DNA from: Microbotryum violaceum
Lineage: Eukaryota
Length of the DNA: 64,000 nucleotides
Reading direction: 5' to 3'
Assembly: GCA_001244265.2 (NCBI GenBank)
Contig: CDLV01000006.1
Coordinates: 62,001 to 126,000, forward strand
Shown: piece after piece, positions 1 through 12,600 of the stretch
Numbering within the stretch: position 1 is the first letter of the stretch
Layout: each line of letters starts with the position of its first letter
Made by a program: the position numbers and the translations under genes
Notes under the pieces: model-generated
Databases searched by the model: none
What the model was told of the DNA's origin: nothing
The model's input: only the letters and a program-made list of their open reading frames with translations

Positions 1-45
1 GACGCGTAACGAGGCGGTTCAATTTCATGCGCTGGCGGCTCCTAT

Positions 46-1207
46 CTAGTACTCGACTTCTTCCTCGCCGCGCTCCACCGACCCAACCCTGGGCCGTAGC
101 GCGTCAACTACCGGCGACCGGTCCCTGCTGACGTCATTGACTTGCACCTCGTTGTCGCCACTGCCGATGAGCTCTTGTCCAGCCGAGATTTGATCTTGAG
201 AGGTTTGCTCAGCTTGGTCTTTAACCTCTTCAACGTTCTCTTGTAGCCGTAACGCCTTTTTCTTCATCTCGTCAATGTTGCCCTTTTCCATGCGGCTGTG
301 TGCGAGCCATTCTGACTCTGCTTTCTTGATGCGGCGCGCGACATCCGCGACTTGATCATCCAGCTCGTTCTCTTGGCACTTCAGGAGGCGGAATGGCAGG
401 TAGAAGATGGGTCGTTGTCTGTCTTGAGATACTATATGCTGTGATGAAAGAAGCTGGGCCGTATTGGGGAAAGACACCATATCGGAAGGTCCTGGCCGAT
501 TGGACTTCGAGGGCGCGGCGTATAAAAACTCGGCTAGGTCGAGCTCGATTTCGTGTTGGGTTTGCATCTGGAAAATTCGAGACAAGACGTGAGGACCGTC
601 ACCACCAGGGGCCATCCGGTACGAAGAGCGTTGTCGAAAGGAAAGGACTGACCGTTGCCTCCCACCTGGCTAGCTCCTCCTCCTTCAGCGAAATCGCGAG
701 TACCAGGTCTCTCGCCTCTTTCGATCGATCTCGCTGGTCCATCATATGCTTCCTTTCGTCATGCAACTTTCTGTAAAGCTTATCCTCAAGTTGTTGTCTC
801 TTCTTGGCCGCTTCGGATGTTTTGCTCGTGCCAGCTTGCTTCAGGGTATTCTGCAAGAGACCAAAAAATCGACGTCCTCGCTTCTGACTCTCGTCCGCGA
901 CAATGCCAGATGCCTTTCGTTTTCTTGAAGCGAGTTCGTCTTGAGATTCTGTCAGCGCACGACCATTCTTGGCCCCGTCTTCTGAATGGATGTGGTGTGG
1001 GAGAGGGTTTGTCGCGGTTTCCGTCGCTGGCAAGTCGACTCCGCTGGCAGAGGCAACGGCTACAGAAAGTGCCCCGGGAGAGAGGGTGTTGGTGGAGGCC
1101 TGTTCTATAATGGTGCCTCCCGGAGATCCCGCTTCGTCCATGCTGTCATAAAGTGATCCTTGGCTGGGGCAGTCGACCGTGGCTTCCTTCAGGTCTGTTG
1201 TCGTCAT
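46..1207 (-). CDS. Pinin/SDK/memA-domain splicing-associated protein, two exons (1207-653 and 567-46)
   Basis: Motifs RGRRFFGLLQNTLKQ and PIFYLPFRLL with coiled-coil segments resemble fungal pinin-domain proteins. An 85-nt GT..AG intron (652-568, GTCAGT...TTCCAG) joins ORFs 599..1294 and 46..615 in frame. ATG at 1207. Confidence 0.8.
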
Positions 1208-1689
1208 CGGCGATCGAAAATCTGGTGTGTATGGGTGCACAGCGTTAAGCTGACAAGGGTGTTCGAGAGCTACTGTGTCGCGCTGTGATAACAATGAAAG
1301 CGCAGTCGGACGTGCGATAATGCGACTTGAAGCGATAGATGAAGCCCCAAGCGCAAGATGGGCGCCATCTACGGGCCCTGCGAGGACTGGCGACGACGGG
1401 CGAAGACCAGCGACAAGGACAAATTAAATACGGCCCAAATACGGCCATTATAGGACCCCAGAAAGCCCAGCCAGAGGCGCATGTGGAAAAACGCACTTTT
1501 TTGGCCTTTTTGTCAATGTTTTTTACACTATTTTGGCCCTAAAATGTCAAAATTTCACATGCACCTCGAAAGTATTATCAAAATCCCTGAAGCTCTTAAG
1601 AGCTGAAGGTTTGTTCCACAAAAATTCGGCGGCGCGAGCTTGGGAAATTGACGACGATCTAAACGCCGGGGCCCTACGGGAAATTCACG

Positions 1690-1790
1690 CAACCGCAGTT
1701 GACCGCGGTTGGACGATTGCGCCGAAGTTAACCGCAGTTCAACCGCGGGCATCGCGCCGACCGCGATGCCCGCGGTTACGCGGATTACCA
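1690..1790. repeat. Short subterminal AACCGC(A/G)GTT-type repeats of the TIR element
   Basis: Several copies of aaccgcagtt / gaccgcggtt / aaccgcgg within about 100 bp. Confidence 0.55.
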
Positions 1791-2471
1791 ACTGCACGAG
1801 GTCGCCAACTTGGGAATGCTCCGTTACGCCCTGCAATTCTCAGTTGGCTCGTAGACTAAGGAGAACAGCCTGACTTTGAGACCTTATCTAGTGCAGTAGA
1901 CAACTCGTGATATAGTCTCGAGTGGTGCTCTAATTAAATACATCAACCTAAGAATGTGTAACATCTCCAGATTCAGATGTGGTGGTCTTGGAACTGGACA
2001 AGGTTTCCAAAGGATTGAAGCTAATGAGCAATTGGAGAAACCGGGCCCCTGTATCTTCAACCGGACGACCGAATGGAGACCGCTCTGCCTCGTGTCAGTG
2101 CCAGGCGTCGTCCTGGCGCAGAGGGGTCGCATGTGGAGACACAGATATCGCATATGTGTTGGGGGCTGTTACAGCTGGCCCTGCGCCTTGCGCAAGCTCG
2201 GCCGCGGTGGGAGGCAACCGCAGCGTATTTGGGATGCTGGACACGAGTTGGCGGAGACGCTTGACACCGATCAGGCTGAGGGTGCGAGGACCATCCACAT
2301 TGAATCTCTTGTACAACCCCCGGATGTCCATGGCAACTGGAAGACATCGACCAACGAAAGCAATCGCTTCTCCTTCAGCACTGTTATACCTAGCTCAACA
2401 AAACACTCAACTTCGCCAGCGCGCTGTGAATTGTCGGCCTCCATTGACATCTGTGGATCCCAGATTTGCGG

Positions 2472-5400
2472 TCAAGAATCTCTCCGCTGACATAAGAAAT
2501 GATGAGTTGTTTTGGTGGTACTCACTTGCACAAGTTTAGCCGTCTTGCAGTTGATAGTGCCTTGCGTATTTTGCATCTTGTTACCAGATCCGAGCAACGT
2601 GACTGCTGATGCACCTGCACCCTCAAGGTGCCGCCATCCTTTGTCAAGCAAGCTGCCAAAACATGGATGGTTCTTGGTGTAGTTGTTTGCGTTCAACCCC
2701 AGAGAGTTATCGACATGACACAATAGATGAATATGACGGTGCACCCGAGTCATACTGGTGGTGGTTCTACCACACATTGGGAGCCATGGCGGGCGGACTG
2801 GTGCATGGTCACATTGACTTCTACTGACACTGCCTCCATGGGAGACTGCAACCTCTTTGGTCAAGTTGATGAAATTTTGCAAAGGGTGTTGCGCCATTTT
2901 CTTGAGCATGTGCAGCTTGTAGCCCAGCTGCTGGGCATGCAAGGCATGATCCCTTGGCAAAGTGTCCCGGAGATTGACCATTGTAGGTATGTTGTACTTG
3001 AGTCGGAGGATCATCATCATGTTCCGCATCTCCGCCGAATTCATGCCAGACTCGACGGGTTTTGACTTGCTTCTCATCCCCCCTTTGATGTAACCCATCA
3101 TTGTCTCCGTTCCGCAAGCCGAGTACTCGCAAAGCGGCCCCATTCTTTTCATAACATCGGGAACATGCATAAGACAATGATTCATGGCGGGGAACAGATG
3201 AAGGAACTTGGGATCTCGATCATAGAGAAACTTCTTGGGCAGTAGCAGTGTCTGTTTGATGAGAACATAGAGGTATGTGTACGTGATGGGAACCACGCCC
3301 TTTTCATTGAGCTCGTACAGACGAAGTTGTTCGAGCCGGAACCCAGCTGCTGGGCATGCAAGGCATGATCCCTTGGCAAAGTGTCCCGGAGATTGACCAT
3401 TGTAGGTATGTTGTACTTGAGTCGGAGGATCATCATCATGTTCCGCATCTCCGCCGAATTCATGCCAGACTCGCCGGGTTTTGACTTGCTTCTCATCCCC
3501 CCTTTGATGTAACCCATCATTGTCTCCGTTCCGCAAGCCAAGTACTCGCGAAGCGGCCCGATACTTTTCATAACATCGGGAACGTGCATAAGACGATGAT
3601 TTGTGGCGGGGAACAGATGAAGGAACTCGGGATCTCGATCATAGAGAAGCTTCTCGCGCAGTAGCAGCGTCTGTTCAATGAGAACATAGAGGTAGGTGTA
3701 CGTGATGGGAACCTCGCCCTTTTCATCGAGCTCGTACAGACGAAGTTGTTCGAGCCGGTCGACGTCCGGTAGGCGATCGAAAAAGTCAACGGAGTCGTCG
3801 ATGAAGAAATCGTTCTTCATCGCCGCAAACATTCGGATGGTGAGCGCCGTCTGTCTCGAACTCGGGTTCCTTGAATTGCTGGTACAAAAGCGGTCCCAGG
3901 TCACGCAAGATGAACAGTTCCCCCCTCCACTCTCGCAAGGTACGGCCGAGACAACAGCTGAGCACGAGTCATGCGAGCGATCGCGTCGGAGGACAACGTC
4001 ATGGAGTGCCTGCATGCCTTTGAATCCAAATTGCCAACGAGGATATTGATGAAAGTACTGCCACTGTTGATACCAATCAGATGCATATAATCCAATGGTA
4101 GGAACGTGGAGTAAGCATCCTTGAACAGGTCAACCGCCTCAATCGGAGCTTCGCCTGAGATCCCCGTACGACGCTGCAGCGATTCGAGCTTGGTCGGCTG
4201 TCGTTTCATTGCTTCAACCACCCGACGGTAGTGCTTGTAGTTGCGCTCGTTATCCAGTCGAACGCCCCGTCCACCAGGGGTTTGGAATGTCGTGGCGGTG
4301 TCAACAAGCCCAGCCCACTCGGGATGGTCGAGCACTGATACGATCACTCCCTCGTCGTTTTCGACGCTTTTGCATGAGGAACAGCATGAGGAACACAGAA
4401 CGGCAGATAGCCTTTGGTGTTTCTAGGTGCGTAATGAGGTATGCTGATGGTCGAGCAGATCAAGCACAAAGCGAGGCCTCTCGCTCCCACAAGGTTTCCA
4501 AGGGCTGCTTGCTCCAGCGTGCCGGCTATGCAAGCCACGATCCTGTCTCTGCAAAGCACGTGTCTGTCCCGAGCGGCTGAAAAGGATGTACGCTCCCTTC
4601 GAAGGTGTGAAGCTGTTGACAGAATGTTTCGAGGAATGACTGCTCGTCTTTGGGTTTCTGAGGGCCGTTCACGGAGATGACAAAGTGCGATGATAGCTTC
4701 CAACGAACTTCGGGGGGCCGGGGGGCAGGGTCATGGGTATCACCCCAGAGATGTGGGTGTTGACCTTGCGATTGGCGTTGGAGTGCGCGAGCACTTCGGT
4801 TCCATCGGAGAAGGTTGCAAGAGGGATGTCATCCGGCTTGAGATTGCCGTTTGCGTAAAGCGGCCGTGCGTGTAAGCCATCAACCCATCGCCTCACGACC
4901 GGGTAAGAGCCCGAGCCACCTGACGCCTTGTGCAAGTCGACGACCTTGTCGCTCGGCTTGGCATTGGCAAGGGCAGGGCCGATTACTGGGTGTGCACGAA
5001 GCGCTTCAACAAAAGGGGCGGGGTCATAAAAGCGCTGCGCTGACCGTTCAATCTTCTCGCCATTCTTCCCCAGCGTGAAACATTTCTCGCGGCACCGGGC
5101 GTTGGACACTCCTCAAGATCTTCGAGCCGTTTGGCGCCATAGGACACGCAACCTTTGGGGCACTTCCCGACCTCCACCGTTCCTGAAGCCGGTGAGATGT
5201 CGTATCGTTCGGACCATTTTGTACTCGGACATGTCGCTGAGGTCGGCGTTGTGGAAGGTGTAGGTGCGCAGCAATGTGAGGAGGTCAGTCTAAGCGTCCC
5301 TCGAAAGCGAATGGTCCCGCTTGAACATGTAGGGTTGTAGCTTGGCAAGGTCATGGGGTGGAAGCGTTCGACCTTGAAGGTCTGTATGAGGTATTTACTG

Positions 5401-5605
5401 CATCAGCCCTCGTGTTCGTGTCAAATATGACCGCTTGAAGCACAGCAAGACTTTGAATCACCTTCGGCACCAAGTTCGGCGAGATGAGCCTCAAGCGCGG
5501 CAATCTCATCTTCAATGGGCTCGAGCTCTTCTCCCTCCCCTTGGACATCCTCTTCCTCTCTCGCGCCTCTCAGAACGTTCTCACCGCTTTGCGCTCCACC
5601 CGCAT
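2472..5605 (-). pseudogene. Degenerate, divergent CACTA/EnSpm (Tnp2/Transposase_21-like) transposase
   Basis: Ordered motifs CPKGCVSY..LEECP, PLATFSDG, LPP, GNLVGARGLALCLIC, LDYMH and CGTETMMG parallel CVKTCVAF..LTRCP, LFTDG, NLPP, GFKGPTAKWPCRVC, SDFMH and FAMERLNQ of the CACTA transposase at 21655-25876. Many frameshifts and stops; 3' boundary approximate. Confidence 0.7.
2923..3758. repeat. Tandem duplication of 417 bp (2923-3339 and 3342-3758) inside the transposase relic
   Basis: Both copies run from cccagctgctgggcatgc to gttgttcgagccgg. The peptide block CGTETMMGYIK...HAQQLG appears twice in the ORF track. Confidence 0.95.
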
Positions 5606-5714
5606 GGGATTCCGTATCTGTCGTATGAGTGATGCAGGCGGAAGCTAGGCGCGCGGGTGCTTAGGCTGGAGCGTGGGCGCACAGCTGAGGGTTGGCTGAG
5701 GCCAGGTGGATGGC

Positions 5715-8700
5715 TGGATTAGGAAGGAGGTTCGCTTAGCGACAGAGGCCTTTCTTAGTTGCATCTTGAGGCTACTCTCTTATTCTTTTTATCGTCACTT
5801 GATCTTACAACTTTGTGGTCCTGACTTTGGCATGCTATCACAACGCATCTCTGCGCCGCTTAGGAGCGCGAGACTCAAATTCACAACAGGTTATGAGCCT
5901 GACGGGTTCCGCCACCCGCTCTCATAAGTCGGACAACATGTTCTCAGAGACCACGAACATGTTCGCTGTGTCCGACAAATCGTCGTCTGAGGTACTACGA
6001 CGTACCAACTACGACACCTGGGCACAAGAGATGATCTTGCTCTTGCGCTCCCACGATCTTTGGAAAATCACCAAGATCGGAATGGATCCGTCGATCATCG
6101 AGATTCCAGAGATCGTTGATCCCGATCTCGATCTCTACGTCGATTCGGTCCCGCTCGCCGACCACATACTCGGCGACTCGTTGTCGCCCGAAGAATCTAG
6201 GGAATTGCATCTTGATGCTCGTGCATCTTACCTCATCATTCCATCTCTCGATCCTGCCAACAAGTCGTTGGTCAGCAACTGCTCCACGGCGAACCAGCGC
6301 TGGGATGCTCTGCGCACCTATCACCTAGGCGAGCGCAACTCGCAAATCGCCTTGATCTCGGCGCAACTTTCAAGGATGCTCTATACGGGTAAATCTTCGA
6401 TCTCCTTGGAAGATCATATGATCAAAATTCGCGACCTCAACCTCAAGGCGAAGCAACTTGGCTACCTAAGGTCAAACACCGAAATCGCGTTTCAAATGCT
6501 GAACTCGGTAACGGATCCCAAGTGGGCGAACACGATTGAGGCCTTATCCCTCACCAGCGACCCTACACCGACCAAGATAATAGCACGTATAAAGGAGCGT
6601 GAAGTCACTTTCGCGCTCACAAACCGCATTCAAGGCGGAATGTCTCTTCTTCTTCCCAACGACCCCGCAACCGTTCAGACTGTTGCGGCCAACTCTGCTT
6701 CGGGTCCCAAGGGATCGTGCAAGACGGGGAAGAAATATCGGAGCAGGCGCAAACCTACCGACAGTTGCACTCGATGCAATGGAAAAGGTCATTGGGCCTG
6801 CAACAAGGAATGCCCCGGCAAACGCCCTGAATCTGTCGCATTGGTCAATGAAGGACATAATTCCAAGTCTGGTCCTCCTGCCCGCTTTGTAGTTGGCGCT
6901 CACATTGCACATGAAATTCCAACTGCCTCTTCGTCTCGTTATTCTACGGCTCTTGCCACTGCGAGAGATCCCACTTCAAAGCTTGAGTGGGTTGGCGACT
7001 CTGGAGCCATTCGCTATCTGATCGGCGATCGCTCCCTCCTTCGAACTTCACTCGAGATCCCATTGCCATTCAAGTTGCGGATGGTTCGATCCAAGAAGTC
7101 GAAGGCTATGGTGAACTTTCCGCTACTACCAAAGAAGGCAACATTATCGACTTCAAGAACGTCTACTGTTTGCCTGGAGCAAATTTGGCCCTCATCTCGT
7201 TCTTTTCACTCTGTGATAACGGATTCGAACTTCGTATGACGGATGGCAAAAAGACTATTAGTGTCTACTTGGACAACAAGTTCGTCTGCGCTACCGAGCG
7301 CGACACCGCCTACTACTTTGATTCCACCATCTACAACGAACCCGTGGCTGTTGTCACGCGCGCTTCGGCTGGTGCTCCGCTTATGTGGTGGCATCGTGTC
7401 TTTGGTCATCTTTCACCTCACACCATTCTCAACATGGTATCTACCAAGATGACCGTTGACATCAAGATCTCGGATGAAACGATTCACGGCTGCGAAACCT
7501 GCATCGTTGCGAACTCTCGCGCTGCACTGTTTCAACATGTCAGTCGTGAGCCGACCGAGGTTCTCTACCGCGTCTTCATCGACCTCGGTTTCGTCGATGT
7601 TCCAGATCACAAAGGACGTTTCGTCTATCTTGTCATCGTTGATCAACTTTCCTCGATGAAATGGACTTATCCCTTGACTTCCAAGTCCGCTGCCGAAGTT
7701 CTCCAGGTGTTCTGTCGCTTTCAAGCTCAAGCGGAACGCGTCACCGGCAAGACTATCAAGTTCGTTCGTTCGGACAACGGCGGGGAATTCCTCAACCGGT
7801 CTTTTGAAGCGGAGTTTACTCGACTTGGTATCACCCACGAGTTCACTGCTCGCTACACCCCCGAACAAAATGGCAAGGCTGAACGTGCAAACGGCTCGCT
7901 CTTTGCTATGGTGCGGGCGATGCTCAAGGATGCTGGACTTCCAGGCTCTTACTGGACCTATGCTCTAGATATGGCAACTTTCATCGCCAATCGCATGCAG
8001 CATCCTCGCTTCAAGAAGAAAATCATCTTCGAGATCATCTACGGCAAGAAACCGAGCGTCGGCCATCTCCGACCCTTCGGTGCTATCGCCTTCGTGCTCT
8101 TGCCTCGTCAGCTGCGTCGCAAGCTTGATGATCATGCCAAGAAGGGCATCTTTGTAGGATATTCCGGCGAGTAAAACTACATGGTTCTCGTCGACTACAC
8201 TACCTCTCCCAAGGTCCTCATATCTCGTGACGTCACTTTCACCGACGGACTCGCTTTCTGAGGTTCCTTCCGCTCCGGCCGACATCGATCGTGATCCGGA
8301 ACACTTTGCAGGAGGAGATCTTCGAATACGACCTCATCCCTCAACTTCGTGACATTCGACTTGATCCTGCGCATCTTCCAGTGCAGGACGGTCCTCTCGC
8401 GCCGGCTCCCAGGCGCGCTCCCGATGATCCGGCTCAGCCTCAGGCTCCCTCTGACGCTGCGGAATTGGTCCAAGACAACGTTGAAAATGATGATGTGATC
8501 ATTATCGATGAGCCCGTACGTGCAGAATCTCCTCCGCCTGAAGACGAACTCGAGGATCTTGTCCCTCAAGTTCCGAATGATGGCTACGAGTATCGTGCGT
8601 ACAACATTGGTCGCAATCCTGGTCGATTTGAGGATGTAAATGAAGAAAACATCCTTTCTCCTGGCTCTCGACGCGTTGCAGCTCGTTTGCGGTGGGGTCC

Positions 8701-9637
8701 GGAGAGGCTTTCTCCAATCCACCCGAACTCATCGCATCTGTCTCTCCTAATCACGCTCCACTCCCTCGATCTTACTCCGAGGCTATGGCTTCTGTCCATG
8801 CTAAATAGTGGCAAGCGGCTACCAATAAGGGGATCGCAAGTTCATTTATATTGGTGTTCTTGAGGCGGCAGCTCTCCCTCCTGGTGCTCGTGCGCTTGGA
8901 ACCAAGTGGGTCTACACGTACAAGGAGGATGTATCTGACGTGATCATTGGCTGGAAAGCTAGACTTGTCGTTCAAGGCTTTGGTCAACGCAAGGACATCG
9001 ATTACTTTGACATCTTTGCTCCTGTCTCGTCGATCTCGACGATCTTATTTATGGTTGCTGTCTCTTCGGCTCTCGGATTGCATCTCGAGCAATTCGACTA
9101 CGAGTTGGCTTTCCTCAACGGCATCATGACTGAGGATGTTTACATCAAGACTCCTCAAGGTTGGCCTACTACCAGTTTCTTCTGGCGCTCTCAAGCTCTT
9201 GAAGTCGATGTACGGAACCAAGCAGGCACCTTGACAGTGGAACGAAGCGCTGAATTTGCTGATGAACTCGCGCGGCTTTACTCGCTCCAAGGTTGATGCT
9301 TGCCTCTATTTCAAGTTCTGTGGCAAGTCTTTCATCTTCATCTCTATCTATGTGGAGGATGGACTCGCTGCGTCGAACCATCAAAACTTCCTCAACTCGG
9401 AGATTGATGCGTTCCATGCGGTCTACAAGCTCAAGCGTCTTGGCCCTGCCAAGATGATGTTCCTCGGTCTGGAGATAGCTCGTTCAGAGCACTACATCTT
9501 CGTTCACCAGTCGAAGTATATTCGCGGGCTTCTTGAGACGTACGTGTTCACAACTACGTCCAAACGCGGTGTACAGACGCCTATGGAGGACAAAGACCAG
9601 AAGACTTCTTCACTCCCATTTGACGATATTACTCTCT
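5715..9637 (+). mobile_element. Ty1/copia LTR retrotransposon A, 3'-truncated within RT
   Basis: LTR end ...CAACA at 5888 (LTR start approximate), PBS GGTTATGAGCC at 5889-5899, gag with CTRCNGKGHWAC knuckle, protease DSGA, integrase (WHRVFGH, RSDNGGEF, EQNGKAER), RT (KARLVVQGF, AFLNG, YVED). Stops and frameshifts present; no RNase H or 3' LTR. Confidence 0.92.
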
Positions 9638-9649
9638 AGGAAAATGGGC

Positions 9650-12600
9650 TAATGCCGCGAGCAAATGGTGCAATTACCAATTACGCGCGCGCGTTTACCC
9701 CCGAAGCTTGACCCATCTACCCAGGTAGTAAGGTGCAAAGTTCACTTACAAATGGTGCATTCTTCGTGCAAGTTTGGTGCGTTTGCCCCGGAAGAAAGGT
9801 GCATTTACCAATTAAGGATGGTGCATCTACCACGTAGCGGGGCAATCCGCTGTATCTCGTGTAGTATGCCATGTATCACCTTGAGACTTGACGAGCTCTT
9901 TTACACGATCACCAAGTACGTCCACCTTCAGTAAGGAGCACTCTCATCAGGATCCCATGTAGTTGGAAATCGTGCGTGCACCCGGGCCGGCTCTCGTCCA
10001 CGCCCCGGGGGAGTCGTCCGGACCCCGGACCGAGTAGCCCCCCCCCCCACCCTAGGCTGCAATACAATGACTAAGACGATCATTCATCTCGGAGCTGCGG
10101 GATGTGTCCATATGGAGTGGGACACCTTGTATAGCATTCCTCGCCGTATTTCCTGCCTCAGCTTGAACTTGGACAAGGAAGGTCATTGACTGCCTTTCCA
10201 AACCATCCGTGAACATGTTCTAACAAAGCTAGTAGCACATCACCAAGTGTTCTCGCAAAAGTCACTAGCCGCGATCATTATCTCATTATATGTATGTATA
10301 TACATCCTTCCGTTCTACTCATAATGGCACGGCTTAGGATCGACGACCTCACTCCTCTTCTTGCAGCTGCTCAAAATAAACCATGACCAATGTGAGTGTT
10401 CTGATGACAAGGAGGGTCCGATGTAGTTCGGGAGAGCCCATACCTTGAGCAAATGACTCCAACATCAGATTTGTATTGCGAGCCAGGCATTGAGTGCAAG
10501 GCTTCAGCGAAGCCGCGCAGCTTTGAAAAAAGATTCTTCCCTCTTGCGCTTCGATCGGCGAGGGCTTGAGGCGCTTTTGGATATAGCGTGGTCGAACGGC
10601 CAATGTACGTGTTTGATACCTTGGCAAGCAAGCAACGACCTCGAGTGCCTCAGACACCGGCAGAGGGGGAGTAGGTCGGGAGTCTCATTGGCGGTGCATC
10701 TGGCATGGAACCAATCGTTGCAATTGACGGTGCCGGGTTGGGCCGCGGGCTTCGTGAAATCAACGGAGAAGTACATTGAGCGTCGGGATTGGGCTCAGAG
10801 GTGTACATCGTGCCGACCGAAGGGTCAATCAGAATGGGGGTAGGCGCGCAAAATCCAATGCCGGGCGATCCCGATCCCAAGGGCTTCTCTTCGAGCTCCG
10901 GCGAACTCTCCTTGAGCGCGAGTGGGACAGATTCTGCATACACAAGAGTGTCAGCCTCAATATCAAGCAAGCTTGAACTATCACTAAGATCAAATCGTTG
11001 AGATCAACAGTAGGATGACTGACCGGGAACCGGCGGAGGAGCTCCACTCCCCTCTCGCAAATCGAGGGGAGGGGGGTCACAATTTGCTTCCAACTCCGGG
11101 TCACACCGCAAGCGACCATGTTTAACCACGTCTAACATGTATGCGCGTTGGTTAGCATAGAAGTTGTCCTGTAGTGGCTTGAGTGGGCTCCAGCTCCAGT
11201 CTAATTCAGATTGAAACGCAACCGCCGCGACCAACGTTTCCATCGTTCGACAAACGAAGACGCCGCAAGCGTTGCCATCGGGCTGTCGCGTAAACTCTGT
11301 CCTAGGCGTCAAGTCCCCCTTCTTCGGTATTCGCGGTTTCACGATCACTCCCTCCCACTCTGCGTACGGGATTGTGGGCCGGTCACTGCCTCCGGTGACA
11401 CGAGGGATGGGGCCTTCTGCCCGAGCCGTGAGGAAAGGAACGATGTTCTGCGATCATGAGCTCGGCGGATTATAGTCAGCCTATCAGGTAAGCGGGATCC
11501 ACACAAGTCGCTTCTCCCTCTCACCTTCAAACAATTGGCAAAGTTCTGTTCCGGCGATGGAATGTTCGGGTTGTCTACGCTTTCTTTAGATCGCCGCAGC
11601 GAGTCATGGAAGCGGAAGGTGTGGTCGGACAGACGGGCCTCAACAAGCACCCAATGACCGGGCACAATGTCAGGTGATCCGCCGGATGCTGATGGAAAGA
11701 GATCGATGAAGCACCGTGAGATGTTTCTATTACGGCGAGGCAACGTTCGTATTTGCAGGCTATCCGTTTGTGCTCCTGTTCCGGTTGGTTTCGCCAACGA
11801 AGGATAGGAAGAGGATCGGTGAGGAAGGATTTTGTCAGTTTTGTTTCCTAATCAGCAACTTCAAATAGCCATCAATGACTGCTTATGCTTGGAACCAGTA
11901 TCGACCTACTTCGGTGGCCATGTACAAAGGAAGCTTGAGAATTGGTATGGTGTCCTTGAGCATCCATTCATCTGCTTTCCTTCGGTTACCAAGAATCAGC
12001 GGCCATTGCCCGTAGTCGGCTTTCTCTTCTGCCGACCAGAGGAGGTTCGACGACATGATCGCTTGACATTTGGCTTGCATTGTGTCATACTCCAGCTGTA
12101 GATGATTGGGTGCACAATTTTCGAGGAGGTTGACGACTTGGCGCAGTCGATCCATGGCTTTTTCGCCGCCATCGGAGGAGCTGGCTTCGGAGTCGTCGAC
12201 GGCGGGGTCTGAGTCGGCGTTCGAGTCCACATCGTCGGAGCAGCCCTCAGGAGTCATTGAGATTTGATTGGAGTGCGTCACTGAGGGAGATTGGTCAATG
12301 ATATCGGGTTCCCGCTGGCGCAAGTCTTTCTTCTGGGTAGACGTAGTCGAGGACATCTGGGAGGTGCCATGTGCAGGTGGGCGGGTCATGTCGATTGGTC
12401 GGGTCCCAATGCGGGGTCGGCCACCCTTGTTCTGGCGTTGCGATCATCTGCTGACTGGACATGACGTATGCGACACGGGTTTTGGAACCAAGGCGAGTAT
12501 CGGTCGATGGCAACGGATGGCAGGAACTGGCGTGGCGCGGTGAACATGAGTCGAAAGTAGAAGTAGGCATTTGGCGCGACGCGACGCGTCAAGCAGGCTA

